IMG/VR virus record: IMGVR_UViG_3300044723_011986
Span: 1-54,750 of that record
Strand: one strand, 5' to 3'
Source of the DNA: a virus
Taxonomy: Duplodnaviria; Caudoviricetes
DNA: 54,750 nucleotides
Shown here one piece after another: positions 17,176 through 25,192 of the stretch. The notes beneath the pieces are model-generated. The model saw only the letters and a list, made by a program, of their open reading frames with translations, searched no databases and had not been told where the DNA came from. Within the stretch, counting starts at the first letter, position 1, and each line of letters starts with the position of its first letter. Made by a program: the position numbers and the translations under genes.

Positions 17176-17916
17176 TTATTCTCCTTCTTCAATTTCATAA
17201 ATGTTTGAATCGTTTTCTGACACTTCTTCAATTCCAAATCGCATTCTCAAAACTAACTCTTCACGCTTTGTTAGAGTAGAAAGTGAGCTTACAATTGCAT
17301 CTCTAATTTTTTGATTATCAAGAATAACATCGAGTGAAGTAGCATTTTCATCTTCGATAGTTTCACCTAAAGTCCTGCCGTATTCATCGTTAACAGGCGT
17401 GTCAATAGAAATTGTGAATTTAGACTTACTGCTCTTAATTGCTTCTTTTACGTGCTTTTCAGAAATGTTTAAGATGCCTGCAATTTCTTCGATTGAAGGC
17501 TCACACCCGAAGTTTTCTCGATATTCTTTCTGTGCTGTCCAAACTTTTCTTGCATTTGAAAGTGTATGTGAAGGAACCTTCAGCTGAGTGCTTTCTTTTG
17601 TCAAACTACGAGTAACTGACTGCTTAATCCACCATGTTGCATAAGTCGAAAACTTAAAGCCTTTTCGCCAATCAAACTTTTCAACCGCTTTAATCAAGCC
17701 AATATTTGACTCTTGAATAAGATCCTCGAGACTGCTTCCGTACTTAGCATATTTTTTAGCAATTGAAATAGCCAGCCTAAGATTAGACTCAATCATCATG
17801 TTTCTTGCTAACTGATCGCCTTCTTCAATTCGCTTAGCAAGCGCAACTTCCTGCTCTTTGGTGAGCAAATCAAAGTTTCCAGAATGTGCAAAATACGCAC
17901 TAAGGGACGAATCCAT
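17176..17916 (-). CDS. RNA polymerase sigma-70 family factor (regions 1.2-4.1; region 4.2 absent)
   Basis: LLTKEQEVALAKRI, MIESNLRLAISIAKKY, DLIQE..GL..AVEKFD..KGFKFSTYATWWIKQ, LTKREELVLRMRFGI then stop. Confidence 0.92.
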   Translation of the reverse strand: MDSSLSAYFAHSGNFDLLTKEQEVALAKRIEEGDQLARNMMIESNLRLAISIAKKYAKYGSSLEDLIQESNIGLIKAVEKFDWRKGFKFSTYATWWIKQSVTRSLTKESTQLKVPSHTLSNARKVWTAQKEYRENFGCEPSIEEIAGILNISEKHVKEAIKSSKSKFTISIDTPVNDEYGRTLGETIEDENATSLDVILDNQKIRDAIVSSLSTLTKREELVLRMRFGIEEVSENDSNIYEIEEGE

Positions 17917-17927
17917 ATTTTCTCCTA

Positions 17928-17952
17928 TAATGTTTAATGTTTAATGTTTAAT
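17928..17952 (-). repeat. Short tandem repeat (ATTAAAC)x3 in sigma 5'UTR
   Basis: ATTAAACATTAAACATTAAACATTA directly upstream of the AGGAG RBS. Confidence 0.6.
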
Positions 17953-17954
17953 TT

Positions 17955-17983
17955 ATTTTAATAAATGAGAGCATTGTTTGCAC
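17955..17983 (-). promoter_or_regulatory. Putative promoter GTGCAA-N17-TAAAAT
   Basis: Recurring motif upstream of sigma. Confidence 0.7.
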
Positions 17984-17985
17984 TC

Positions 17986-18171
17986 TCAAAGCATGCCTCT
18001 ATGCTCTAGTTCGCGATAAACATAGCAATAGTAGGTCTGTAATTCTTTCAAAGTATCTTCATCTCCTTTTGAAGATTCTGATTCTTTGATTCGTGAACGC
18101 AAGCTTAAAACCAAGCGCTTAAGATCGTGTTCATTCATAACCATGAGCTGGTCGCTGTTTAAAAGTTTCAA
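17986..18171 (-). CDS. Hypothetical protein
   Basis: 61-aa ORF, TTG start, own promoter motif. Confidence 0.65.
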   Translation of the reverse strand: MKLLNSDQLMVMNEHDLKRLVLSLRSRIKESESSKGDEDTLKELQTYYCYVYRELEHRGML

Positions 18172-18194
18172 TTCACACCTTCCTTTATGATACT

Positions 18195-18223
18195 ATTATA
18201 GTATATTTGATATATATTTACAC
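18195..18223 (-). promoter_or_regulatory. Putative promoter GTGTAA-N17-TATAAT
   Basis: Recurring motif. Confidence 0.75.
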
Positions 18224-18224
18224 T

Positions 18225-18587
18225 CTAAAATATGATTTTTTGACCACGCAATGTTAATCTTTTCTTATCGTATGTATCAATTGTAATTGACTTAACACCT
18301 GGCAATCTTTTAATCATCATTGAAAGCTTTTTGACTGATGCATAAATTTCTGTAGATTTAGGCAAATACTTGATTGATATTGCTAATTGAGCATCACCAT
18401 CCATAAATCTTGCAACTTTATCACTTTGAGCCACAACAGCAACTGACGGGAGAATTCTGATTCTTGTCATAAGATCAGGAACGTGTGTATCAGTCTCAAG
18501 TTTAAGTGTCATTGAAACAGAAGTCACTTTCTTTTCAAGCTTGTATAAAGACTCAAGCATAATTTCAATATCACGTAAACTTGACAC
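18225..18587 (-). CDS. Hypothetical protein
   Basis: Likely GTG start 18587 with GGAGG RBS. Confidence 0.7.
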   Translation of the reverse strand: MSSLRDIEIMLESLYKLEKKVTSVSMTLKLETDTHVPDLMTRIRILPSVAVVAQSDKVARFMDGDAQLAISIKYLPKSTEIYASVKKLSMMIKRLPGVKSITIDTYDKKRLTLRGQKIIF

Positions 18588-18628
18588 TTTTCCTCCGCAA
18601 TGGTAAATATTACGCAACAGACGAATTT

Positions 18629-20236
18629 TTAGCTTTTATTTGAAATTTCATCAACCATTGCAGACCCTACAGATAGCAAAGCTATGGCTGCTGAAGAAGC
18701 ATTTTCGAGAGCACATCTTGTAACCTTGAATGGATCGACGATTCCCAGTTCAAACATGTCTCCAAAATTATCGTTTCTAAAATCAAATCCAATATCAACT
18801 TCATGACTAAAGATTTTATCTAAATACGCATCTGGGTTTTTTCCACCATTCAAGACTATTTGTCTAAAAGGCTCCTGACAAGCTTGTGAAACAATTGAAA
18901 GACCTGCTTTAGTAGACGGTGTGAGATCACTTCTTGTCTCTTCTTCGCGAACTTTTACATGCGATCTAGCTAATGCAACGCCGCCTCCGGGAAGTATTCC
19001 TTCTGCAATTGCTGCTTTTGTTGCGTGGAGCGCATCATCTACTCTATCATATCTTTCAATAAGCTCAGCCTCGGTAGCAGCACCTACTCTCAAAATCGAA
19101 ATTGCACCGCTAAGCTGACGAAGACGATATGTGCAAAGTTCTCTTTCGTCATTTGATAGACTTGGATCCTCTAACATTTCTTTTACTGCAGAGATTCTTG
19201 AAAGACATCTTTCATTTTTATTGTCGTCAGTCATAAATAGTGTAGAAGCTCTTTGAATAATTGCACGCTTGGACGTTCCAAACATTTCTTCACTAAAGTC
19301 TTCCATATTAAAAGAGGCATCTAAAACTTGCCCTCCGATAATCGACTGAAGGTCGTTTAGAAGTTCGTGCCTTGTTGCTCCAAAACCTGGAGACTTAATC
19401 GCTGCTACACGTAGCGATCCCTTGACTTTGTTAAGAACTAATCCTTGAAGAGCTTCGTCATCAATTTCATTTGCAATAACAATAATTGGACGATTCATAT
19501 CCAAAGCTTTTTCAAGCGGATTCATTAACCCATGGATTGATGTAAAACTATCATCAACCATTAAAATTAAAGGATCTTTGAAGTCACAAATAGACTTATC
19601 TTTGTCTGTTATAAAGTAAGGAGAAAGATATCCTCTTTCAAGCTGATATCCGTCAACAACTGTCAATGAAGATTTAAATCCTTTAGCTTCTTCAACAATA
19701 ACTTCTCCGTCAACGCCAGACGCTTTGATTGCATTTACGATAAGATCAGCCACTTCTTCTTCACCGTTTGCTGAAATTAAAGCAACTTTCTTTAGATCTA
19801 AATCGTCTTCAACATCTCTTTTTTGTGAAGCTAACTCTTCTAAAACTATCTTTACGCCTAGACTAATTCCTTCTTTGATTTCTTCAGTTTCAAAACCTGC
19901 AGATTTCATTTGCAGACCTTTGCTAAAAATCGTCTGCGCTAAAACTGTTGCTGTTGTCGTTCCGTCACCTGCTGTATCAGCAGTTCTGGCCGCGGATTCT
20001 TTAATTACTCTTGCACCGAGATTTTCTACTTCGTCTGATAAGTTAATAGCATTAGCAACAGTCACTCCGTCTTTGGTTACTATTGGGTGCAAGTTGTTGC
20101 GCTGAATTAAAACCAATTTTCCTTTTGGTCCCATCGTTGTTTTGACTGTGTCAGCTAGTTTATCAACACCTCTTCGAAGAGCTGATGTTAGCTCTTCTCC
20201 ACTAATTATTTTTCTTTTTAATTCTTGTTCTCGCAT
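18629..20236 (-). CDS. groEL: Chaperonin GroEL
   Basis: TMGPKGK, VTKDGVTVA, AGDGTTTATVLA, GYLSPYF, KSPGFG, EGILPGGG, GIVDP. Confidence 0.96.
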   Translation of the reverse strand: MREQELKRKIISGEELTSALRRGVDKLADTVKTTMGPKGKLVLIQRNNLHPIVTKDGVTVANAINLSDEVENLGARVIKESAARTADTAGDGTTTATVLAQTIFSKGLQMKSAGFETEEIKEGISLGVKIVLEELASQKRDVEDDLDLKKVALISANGEEEVADLIVNAIKASGVDGEVIVEEAKGFKSSLTVVDGYQLERGYLSPYFITDKDKSICDFKDPLILMVDDSFTSIHGLMNPLEKALDMNRPIIVIANEIDDEALQGLVLNKVKGSLRVAAIKSPGFGATRHELLNDLQSIIGGQVLDASFNMEDFSEEMFGTSKRAIIQRASTLFMTDDNKNERCLSRISAVKEMLEDPSLSNDERELCTYRLRQLSGAISILRVGAATEAELIERYDRVDDALHATKAAIAEGILPGGGVALARSHVKVREEETRSDLTPSTKAGLSIVSQACQEPFRQIVLNGGKNPDAYLDKIFSHEVDIGFDFRNDNFGDMFELGIVDPFKVTRCALENASSAAIALLSVGSAMVDEISNKS

Positions 20237-20239
20237 ATA

Positions 20240-20425
20240 TCAACCTTTTAGAAGTTGTTTATCACTTCTTCCTTCAAGAAGTGTTTTATCTAACTGTACT
20301 ATTCTACGACTATTGTCAATTACGTTAACAGCGACGTATAGATCACCTTCTTTTGAAACAACTTCATTCTCACTAATAACTCCTCTTGCACGAAGAGTTT
20401 CCTGCAGCGCATTATCAATATACAT
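20240..20425 (-). CDS. Hypothetical protein
   Basis: 61-aa ORF with AGGAG RBS. Confidence 0.7.
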   Translation of the reverse strand: MYIDNALQETLRARGVISENEVVSKEGDLYVAVNVIDNSRRIVQLDKTLLEGRSDKQLLKG

Positions 20426-20433
20426 TTTTTCTC

Positions 20434-21234
20434 CTATAGATTTTTAAAAGTGTCACAATATTTTTTCCAAGTACTTTCTTTGAGCATGGAAGTAAACTCC
20501 ATTTGTTCAAATGCTTCTCGTGCTTGCTCAAAGTTTGACGTGCCTACATGAGATTCAGCCTGATCTAAGCTATTAGAAAAATCAACCAATCTAATTAGAT
20601 TTACATTTCTTTCAAAGATTTTTCTCTTTTCATCGTTTTCTAAAGTTTCTTTAAGCAAAGCAGGACTACTAACAATTTTTTCTGCAGTTTTATCTCCAAT
20701 CCCAGGGATACCTAAAATATTGTCAGTTTTGTCTCCTCGTAAAGCTTTCCAAGTTACATAATCATAATCAGGCTTGACAACAAAAGATTTTTTAACAGGA
20801 TTATAAATCCTAAAATTGTCTTCAAAAACATTTAGAAGCTGAATAAAATCTGTATCTGACGATACAATTGTTACATCATCACCTTTTCTTGCATGAAGAG
20901 AAGCATACGTCGCAATTGTATCGTCGCATTCTAAGTCTGGGTGTCGAACTGTTTCAAAAGGAAAACAGTTTTTAATCATACTGATAATTGTTGCTTTCTG
21001 TTCGTGAAAAGATCGGCTTTGCTTGGGTCTATTTCCCTTATAGTCTCCAGAAGAAAGCTGGTTTCTGAATTTAGGATTTCCTTCCAGGACAAAATAAACT
21101 TTATCTGGGCTAAATTTTTCTACAAGCGGTCTAATTCCTCTAAAGAAATTAAAAACAATAGGAAATTCTCCTTTTGTAAAGCCAGACTTTGCTCGATAAA
21201 TCAAGTTATATGCGTCAAGTAAAAGAACTTTCAT
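20434..21234 (-). CDS. 5'-3' exonuclease / flap endonuclease (T4 RNase H-like)
   Basis: LLLDAYNLIYR, YKGNR, ECDDTIAT, SSDTDFIQL, GDKTDNILGIPGIGDKTA. Confidence 0.93.
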   Translation of the reverse strand: MKVLLLDAYNLIYRAKSGFTKGEFPIVFNFFRGIRPLVEKFSPDKVYFVLEGNPKFRNQLSSGDYKGNRPKQSRSFHEQKATIISMIKNCFPFETVRHPDLECDDTIATYASLHARKGDDVTIVSSDTDFIQLLNVFEDNFRIYNPVKKSFVVKPDYDYVTWKALRGDKTDNILGIPGIGDKTAEKIVSSPALLKETLENDEKRKIFERNVNLIRLVDFSNSLDQAESHVGTSNFEQAREAFEQMEFTSMLKESTWKKYCDTFKNL

Positions 21235-21704
21235 ATTTGTGATACCTTTTCTAGATCTTTAATATTCATATTAGCAATGACACCATTACCAATATCTACT
21301 TTTACTATATCATCTTTTGCATCATTTTGCACACTAACTTCTTCATCTTCAGGCGTACTTAAAATTTTATGTCCAATTATTAAATCATTGTCATCTTCAT
21401 GATTTTCAACAGGAACGTCATACATTGTTGCAGATAGTTTTTCTGCAATATCAATCATGCTATCAATTGCTTGACGAGCATTTTCTAACATATGACTTCT
21501 TAATGTATTTACATCTTCAAAAACCTGCCCTTTTAGCTTTGTAACAGGTACTTGAGTTTTCTTTTTATCAGGAAGTTCAGCAATATAAGTCTTTTCTTGA
21601 CCATTAAGCGTTGTTCTTGTAACTTCTTCTACGATTCTAAAAGGTATTACTTTGGCTGTTTCGACGCCTACCAAATAAAAAACTTGTCCTACTTTGTATT
21701 TCAT
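21231..21704 (-). CDS. Hypothetical protein
   Basis: 157-aa ORF preceded by TTGAAA...TATAAT. Confidence 0.75.
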   Translation of the reverse strand: MKYKVGQVFYLVGVETAKVIPFRIVEEVTRTTLNGQEKTYIAELPDKKKTQVPVTKLKGQVFEDVNTLRSHMLENARQAIDSMIDIAEKLSATMYDVPVENHEDDNDLIIGHKILSTPEDEEVSVQNDAKDDIVKVDIGNGVIANMNIKDLEKVSQI

Positions 21705-21755
21705 ATTGTAACCTCACTAGAGATTATAACACAAAGTAGGGCAAGTTTTCAAATT

Positions 21756-21938
21756 TTATTGTAAAGCTTTTTTTAATCTTTCTGTCAATACGAGAATGTC
21801 AGAACCAGTTGATTGCTGTGTGTAAAGACTTAAGTCAATTTTTGAAAGCTCATGAGCAAGACGCCATTCTTCTCTATGGCCTCCGTGAACTTGAAAAATT
21901 CTTATTAGCTCTTTAACTGTGGATTCATGTAATTTCAT
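21756..21938 (-). CDS. Hypothetical protein
   Basis: 60-aa ORF with ATGA overlap. Confidence 0.6.
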   Translation of the reverse strand: MKLHESTVKELIRIFQVHGGHREEWRLAHELSKIDLSLYTQQSTGSDILVLTERLKKALQ

Positions 21939-22393
21939 CTGCGTTTTTTAAACCCGACACCTGGAAAAGCAGTGTTCACAGATCCTTTGTGACGATTAGT
22001 AGGCTTCTTTTTGCCGTAAACCCAACCGCTTGTAAGGTTAAGATCTTTAAAAACTGCATCAACTTCTTGAGAAATCATTTTGCGAAGTTGAGTTTCTTGT
22101 AGATTTTCTTTTCTCTGGCGAGATTCTGCCATCATTTTCTTTGCTCTACGAATTTCTTGAACGAGCATAGCTTCGTCAACTTCGATCATTTCTTCTAAAT
22201 CTTCTTCACCCTCTTCGACATCTTTTTCAGGAGCATCACCTTCTGAAAGCTGACCGGATCCAAATCTAAAGTCTGCTTCGCCGCTTATTGAGCTGTCGTC
22301 ATGATAGCTTCTATTTGAAGCCTCACTTAAAAGATTGCCGCTAGATGCATCAACACCTGCTAATTTACAAAGTCTGTCTAAATTGATTTTCAT
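21935..22393 (-). CDS. Hypothetical protein, probable head/scaffold-associated
   Basis: Likely start ATG 22393; acidic core; LQETQLRKMISQE motif. Confidence 0.7.
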   Translation of the reverse strand: MKINLDRLCKLAGVDASSGNLLSEASNRSYHDDSSISGEADFRFGSGQLSEGDAPEKDVEEGEEDLEEMIEVDEAMLVQEIRRAKKMMAESRQRKENLQETQLRKMISQEVDAVFKDLNLTSGWVYGKKKPTNRHKGSVNTAFPGVGFKKRR

Positions 22394-22423
22394 AATAATT
22401 CTCCACAAAGAGCTATAATTTAA

Positions 22424-22783
22424 TTATGCCGATGTGTTTGTTTTTTCTTCAATATTTTTTCTAACGTTACCAGTAATTTTTTGTCCGGCTGCAACTGCTT
22501 CATTTAGAGGTTGCAATCCTAAACAAGCACGAACTTGATCGAAGACAGAGAGCGGAAGTCCTTCTTTTAGAATTTTCATATCAGCATATTGATGCAAGTC
22601 CATTTCTAAAATAGGAACGGGTTCTCCGTCTAAACCCGGCTCAAACTCTCCTGATTCTCTGCTTTCAAAAACAAAAAGAAGCTCAGGCATTTTTTGATCT
22701 TCTGGAACTAAAACGAAAGGAATTTTGGAGCTAACTCCATCTTCGCTTTCTTCATACATAATTTCTGGATACCAATTATTCAT
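22424..22783 (-). CDS. Hypothetical protein
   Basis: 119-aa ORF with AGGAG RBS. Confidence 0.75.
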   Translation of the reverse strand: MNNWYPEIMYEESEDGVSSKIPFVLVPEDQKMPELLFVFESRESGEFEPGLDGEPVPILEMDLHQYADMKILKEGLPLSVFDQVRACLGLQPLNEAVAAGQKITGNVRKNIEEKTNTSA

Positions 22784-22828
22784 AACATTTCTCCTGATGA
22801 AAATATCATACTTTAATCAAAAAAAATG

Positions 22829-23710
22829 TTAAAGTATTCCTCTAAAATAATTTCTGGCATTTTCTCTTATGTCATTAAGGTAAGATCTTATTGCATCGCC
22901 TGACACATATGATTCTTTGTTTATATCATCTAAACAAAAGCTTTTAATAGAGCTAAGAATTATTCTCTTTCTATTAATTCCATAGAAATGATCTTCTATT
23001 TCTTTATAAAGTTTAGAAGGCAAAGTATTGACACTGTCAATTATTTTTTTAATTCTTTCATCTTCTTTTGCAAATTCTTCTCTTGCTTCTTCGTTTTTTC
23101 CTAAGCTTAACATTTTATTTGTTTTGTAAAAGAAAAAAGCAGTTTCTTTAGTAAGCGATGCATCAAGAACGATACTATTCTGAACTACAAACTTATCAGC
23201 GGCAGCATCAACAGCATTTTTAAAAAATATTTTTCTTTCTTCAACATCTGCATTATTTTCTCTGGAAGTTTTTGTGCCTTGATCATCAAACATTCTATTT
23301 ACAATTCTGCAGGCTAATTTAGAAAACGGTCCGATAGATACAGTTAATAAAAACTCGAGCGAACTTATCCATCCATTAGTAACATTAGGATTTCTTTCTA
23401 GTTCTTGTCTGACCTTTTTTTCATATTCTTCTTCTTCTTCAGGAGTTAAATCATAATTTAAAAAACCAATAACTGTTTTTTTAGGAACTCCATTCTCCAA
23501 AGATGTAATTTCAGGGTTATACAGAAAATTTTTTGCAAACCAAAGTGGAAATTTTTTTGAATTTTTTAAATTAGAAAGGTCGCAGGTTGCAGCATCAAAT
23601 CTTCCACGTCCTTGATTGTATACATCAAAACCGATTTCACAAAGTGAATCTTTTTTTTTAATTTTTGAAGAAATAATTTTTCTAATTGTTTTTTCAGTTA
23701 GTACTGTCAT
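22829..23710 (-). CDS. Hypothetical protein, probable head-packaged
   Basis: MTVLTEKTIRKII signal. Confidence 0.75.
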   Translation of the reverse strand: MTVLTEKTIRKIISSKIKKKDSLCEIGFDVYNQGRGRFDAATCDLSNLKNSKKFPLWFAKNFLYNPEITSLENGVPKKTVIGFLNYDLTPEEEEEYEKKVRQELERNPNVTNGWISSLEFLLTVSIGPFSKLACRIVNRMFDDQGTKTSRENNADVEERKIFFKNAVDAAADKFVVQNSIVLDASLTKETAFFFYKTNKMLSLGKNEEAREEFAKEDERIKKIIDSVNTLPSKLYKEIEDHFYGINRKRIILSSIKSFCLDDINKESYVSGDAIRSYLNDIRENARNYFRGIL

Positions 23711-23711
23711 T

Positions 23712-24428
23712 TTAGCCTCGAAGCATCATTCTTCTAATTTTTCTTCTAATTGCGCTTAAATCTTGAGATTCATTTACTTTGATAGGCGGTGTTGTGTCTT
23801 CTTCCTCACTTTCTTCGGGTGGTTCTTCGCTAGAAGGTTCTTCGTCAGCCGCGACATCAGAAGTAGGTTCTTCACTAGAGGTTTCTTCTGTGGGTGATTC
23901 TTTGTCTGAAGATATGTTAATTGAAGAGGGAGGATCACTCGGATCTTGAGCATCTTTTCCGTCAACTTGACCTGCAATAATTTCAGATAATGCATTAAGA
24001 AAAACAAGCATTGTTGTTCTTTCATCTTCTGTAAGCTTGTCATAATAAACTTGTGCCTGTTGCTTAATTGAAGAATCTCTTAGCGATTTTCCAGCTCTTA
24101 GATTGTTAACAGCTTTGACAACTGAGTCGAAAGATGCGCCTATTTCACCTGTTTCTGATGAAGAATCTTCTTCAGGAGCTTTTTCAGGAGGTTCTTCAGG
24201 AGGTTCTTCTTCGACTGTCTCTTCTTCGGGAGGTTCTTCAAGCTCTGCATCTTCTTGTTCAGCAACTAACTCGCCATAGACGCTTTCATCTTTTGTTCTT
24301 TGCTTCATGAATTTTGACAATGTTGGGTCAGCATTTTCATTTATTCTTTTTTTTGAAAGATCTACTGCTTCGCTAGAAATTACACGAAGAATACTTAAAA
24401 GATCTTTTTCATTCTTTGCTCTAATCAT
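23712..24428 (-). CDS. Acidic Glu/Pro-rich hypothetical protein
   Basis: EEPPEE low-complexity tracts flanking a helical core (NNLRAGKSL). Confidence 0.8.
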   Translation of the reverse strand: MIRAKNEKDLLSILRVISSEAVDLSKKRINENADPTLSKFMKQRTKDESVYGELVAEQEDAELEEPPEEETVEEEPPEEPPEKAPEEDSSSETGEIGASFDSVVKAVNNLRAGKSLRDSSIKQQAQVYYDKLTEDERTTMLVFLNALSEIIAGQVDGKDAQDPSDPPSSINISSDKESPTEETSSEEPTSDVAADEEPSSEEPPEESEEEDTTPPIKVNESQDLSAIRRKIRRMMLRG

Positions 24429-24448
24429 TTTTTGATTCCTTAAATAAA

Positions 24449-24779
24449 CTATGCATCAATAACTATCTTTAACAAATAGCAACTTCTTTCGTTTTGTTTG
24501 ATCAACTCAAAGTTATCAATGCTTACTTTAGACTGAAAAATACTACTCAAATTATTTTTTAAGTTAATTTCAACTTCAGACCCAATAATTTGATGGATAA
24601 ATTTATAAGTTATCGGTTACTAGACTTATAAATTCAAATTCATGAAGAGCTCCGTCTTGAGTTTGAATTTCTACAGTCAAAACAGAACTATTTTTTTCAT
24701 TAATGTAAGTACTTTCGTCTTCTAGTAAATCGTTTTCAGTTACTCTTCCTTTAAGAGCATCGCTGACGAAAAAAGACAT
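24449..24779 (-). pseudogene. Frameshifted ORF (58 codons, then about 55 codons in the +1 frame)
   Basis: ATG 24779 reads to TAA near 24603; +1 frame YKFIHQII...IVIDA is open to 24449. Confidence 0.5.
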
Positions 24780-25192
24780 TAAAGCTCCTGAATAAACTTT
24801 ATATCTTCAAAAATTTCATCAATAAATTTTGCCATTTTTAAGTCTTGCTCAGAAACTTCATTAATATCGTAAGTATAAAGACTTACTTCCACCTTTAGCT
24901 TTTCAATATTCAACCTTGGATGATGCATTGTCTCTTCTGCTGTTTTCAAAATTTCATTAACAAAAAAGCGAAGATGTTTATCACGATCAAAAGAAAATGT
25001 TCTAACGAGTGATGTCTTATAAAAATCAGAAACTTCTTCCCATTCTGTTGTTGCTGCTTCAATAGGCAGCTCAGGTATGTCTCTAATTCCTTGAAAATCA
25101 GCAGAAAAAAGACGATTCATGTCAGAAGAAAAGTCATAATCTTCTTTGACAGTTTTGGCTTTTAAATTTATGACTTCGTAAAGACTCCTCAT
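24779..25192 (-). CDS. Pterin-4a-carbinolamine dehydratase-like protein
   Basis: LVRTFSF...FVNEI...AEETMHHP...V.L.T......SEQDLKMAKFID. Confidence 0.8.
   Translation of the reverse strand: MRSLYEVINLKAKTVKEDYDFSSDMNRLFSADFQGIRDIPELPIEAATTEWEEVSDFYKTSLVRTFSFDRDKHLRFFVNEILKTAEETMHHPRLNIEKLKVEVSLYTYDINEVSEQDLKMAKFIDEIFEDIKFIQEL

Noticed and set aside
17171-17180. Sequencing frameshift fusing sigma with the downstream ORF
   Set aside because: Downstream ORF has its own ATG and strong RBS and sigma ends in a distinct acidic tail; separate genes are more parsimonious, though reads were not checked
20240-20425. GroES candidate upstream of groEL
   Set aside because: Too short (61 aa) and lacks the PLxDRV and GGI mobile-loop motifs
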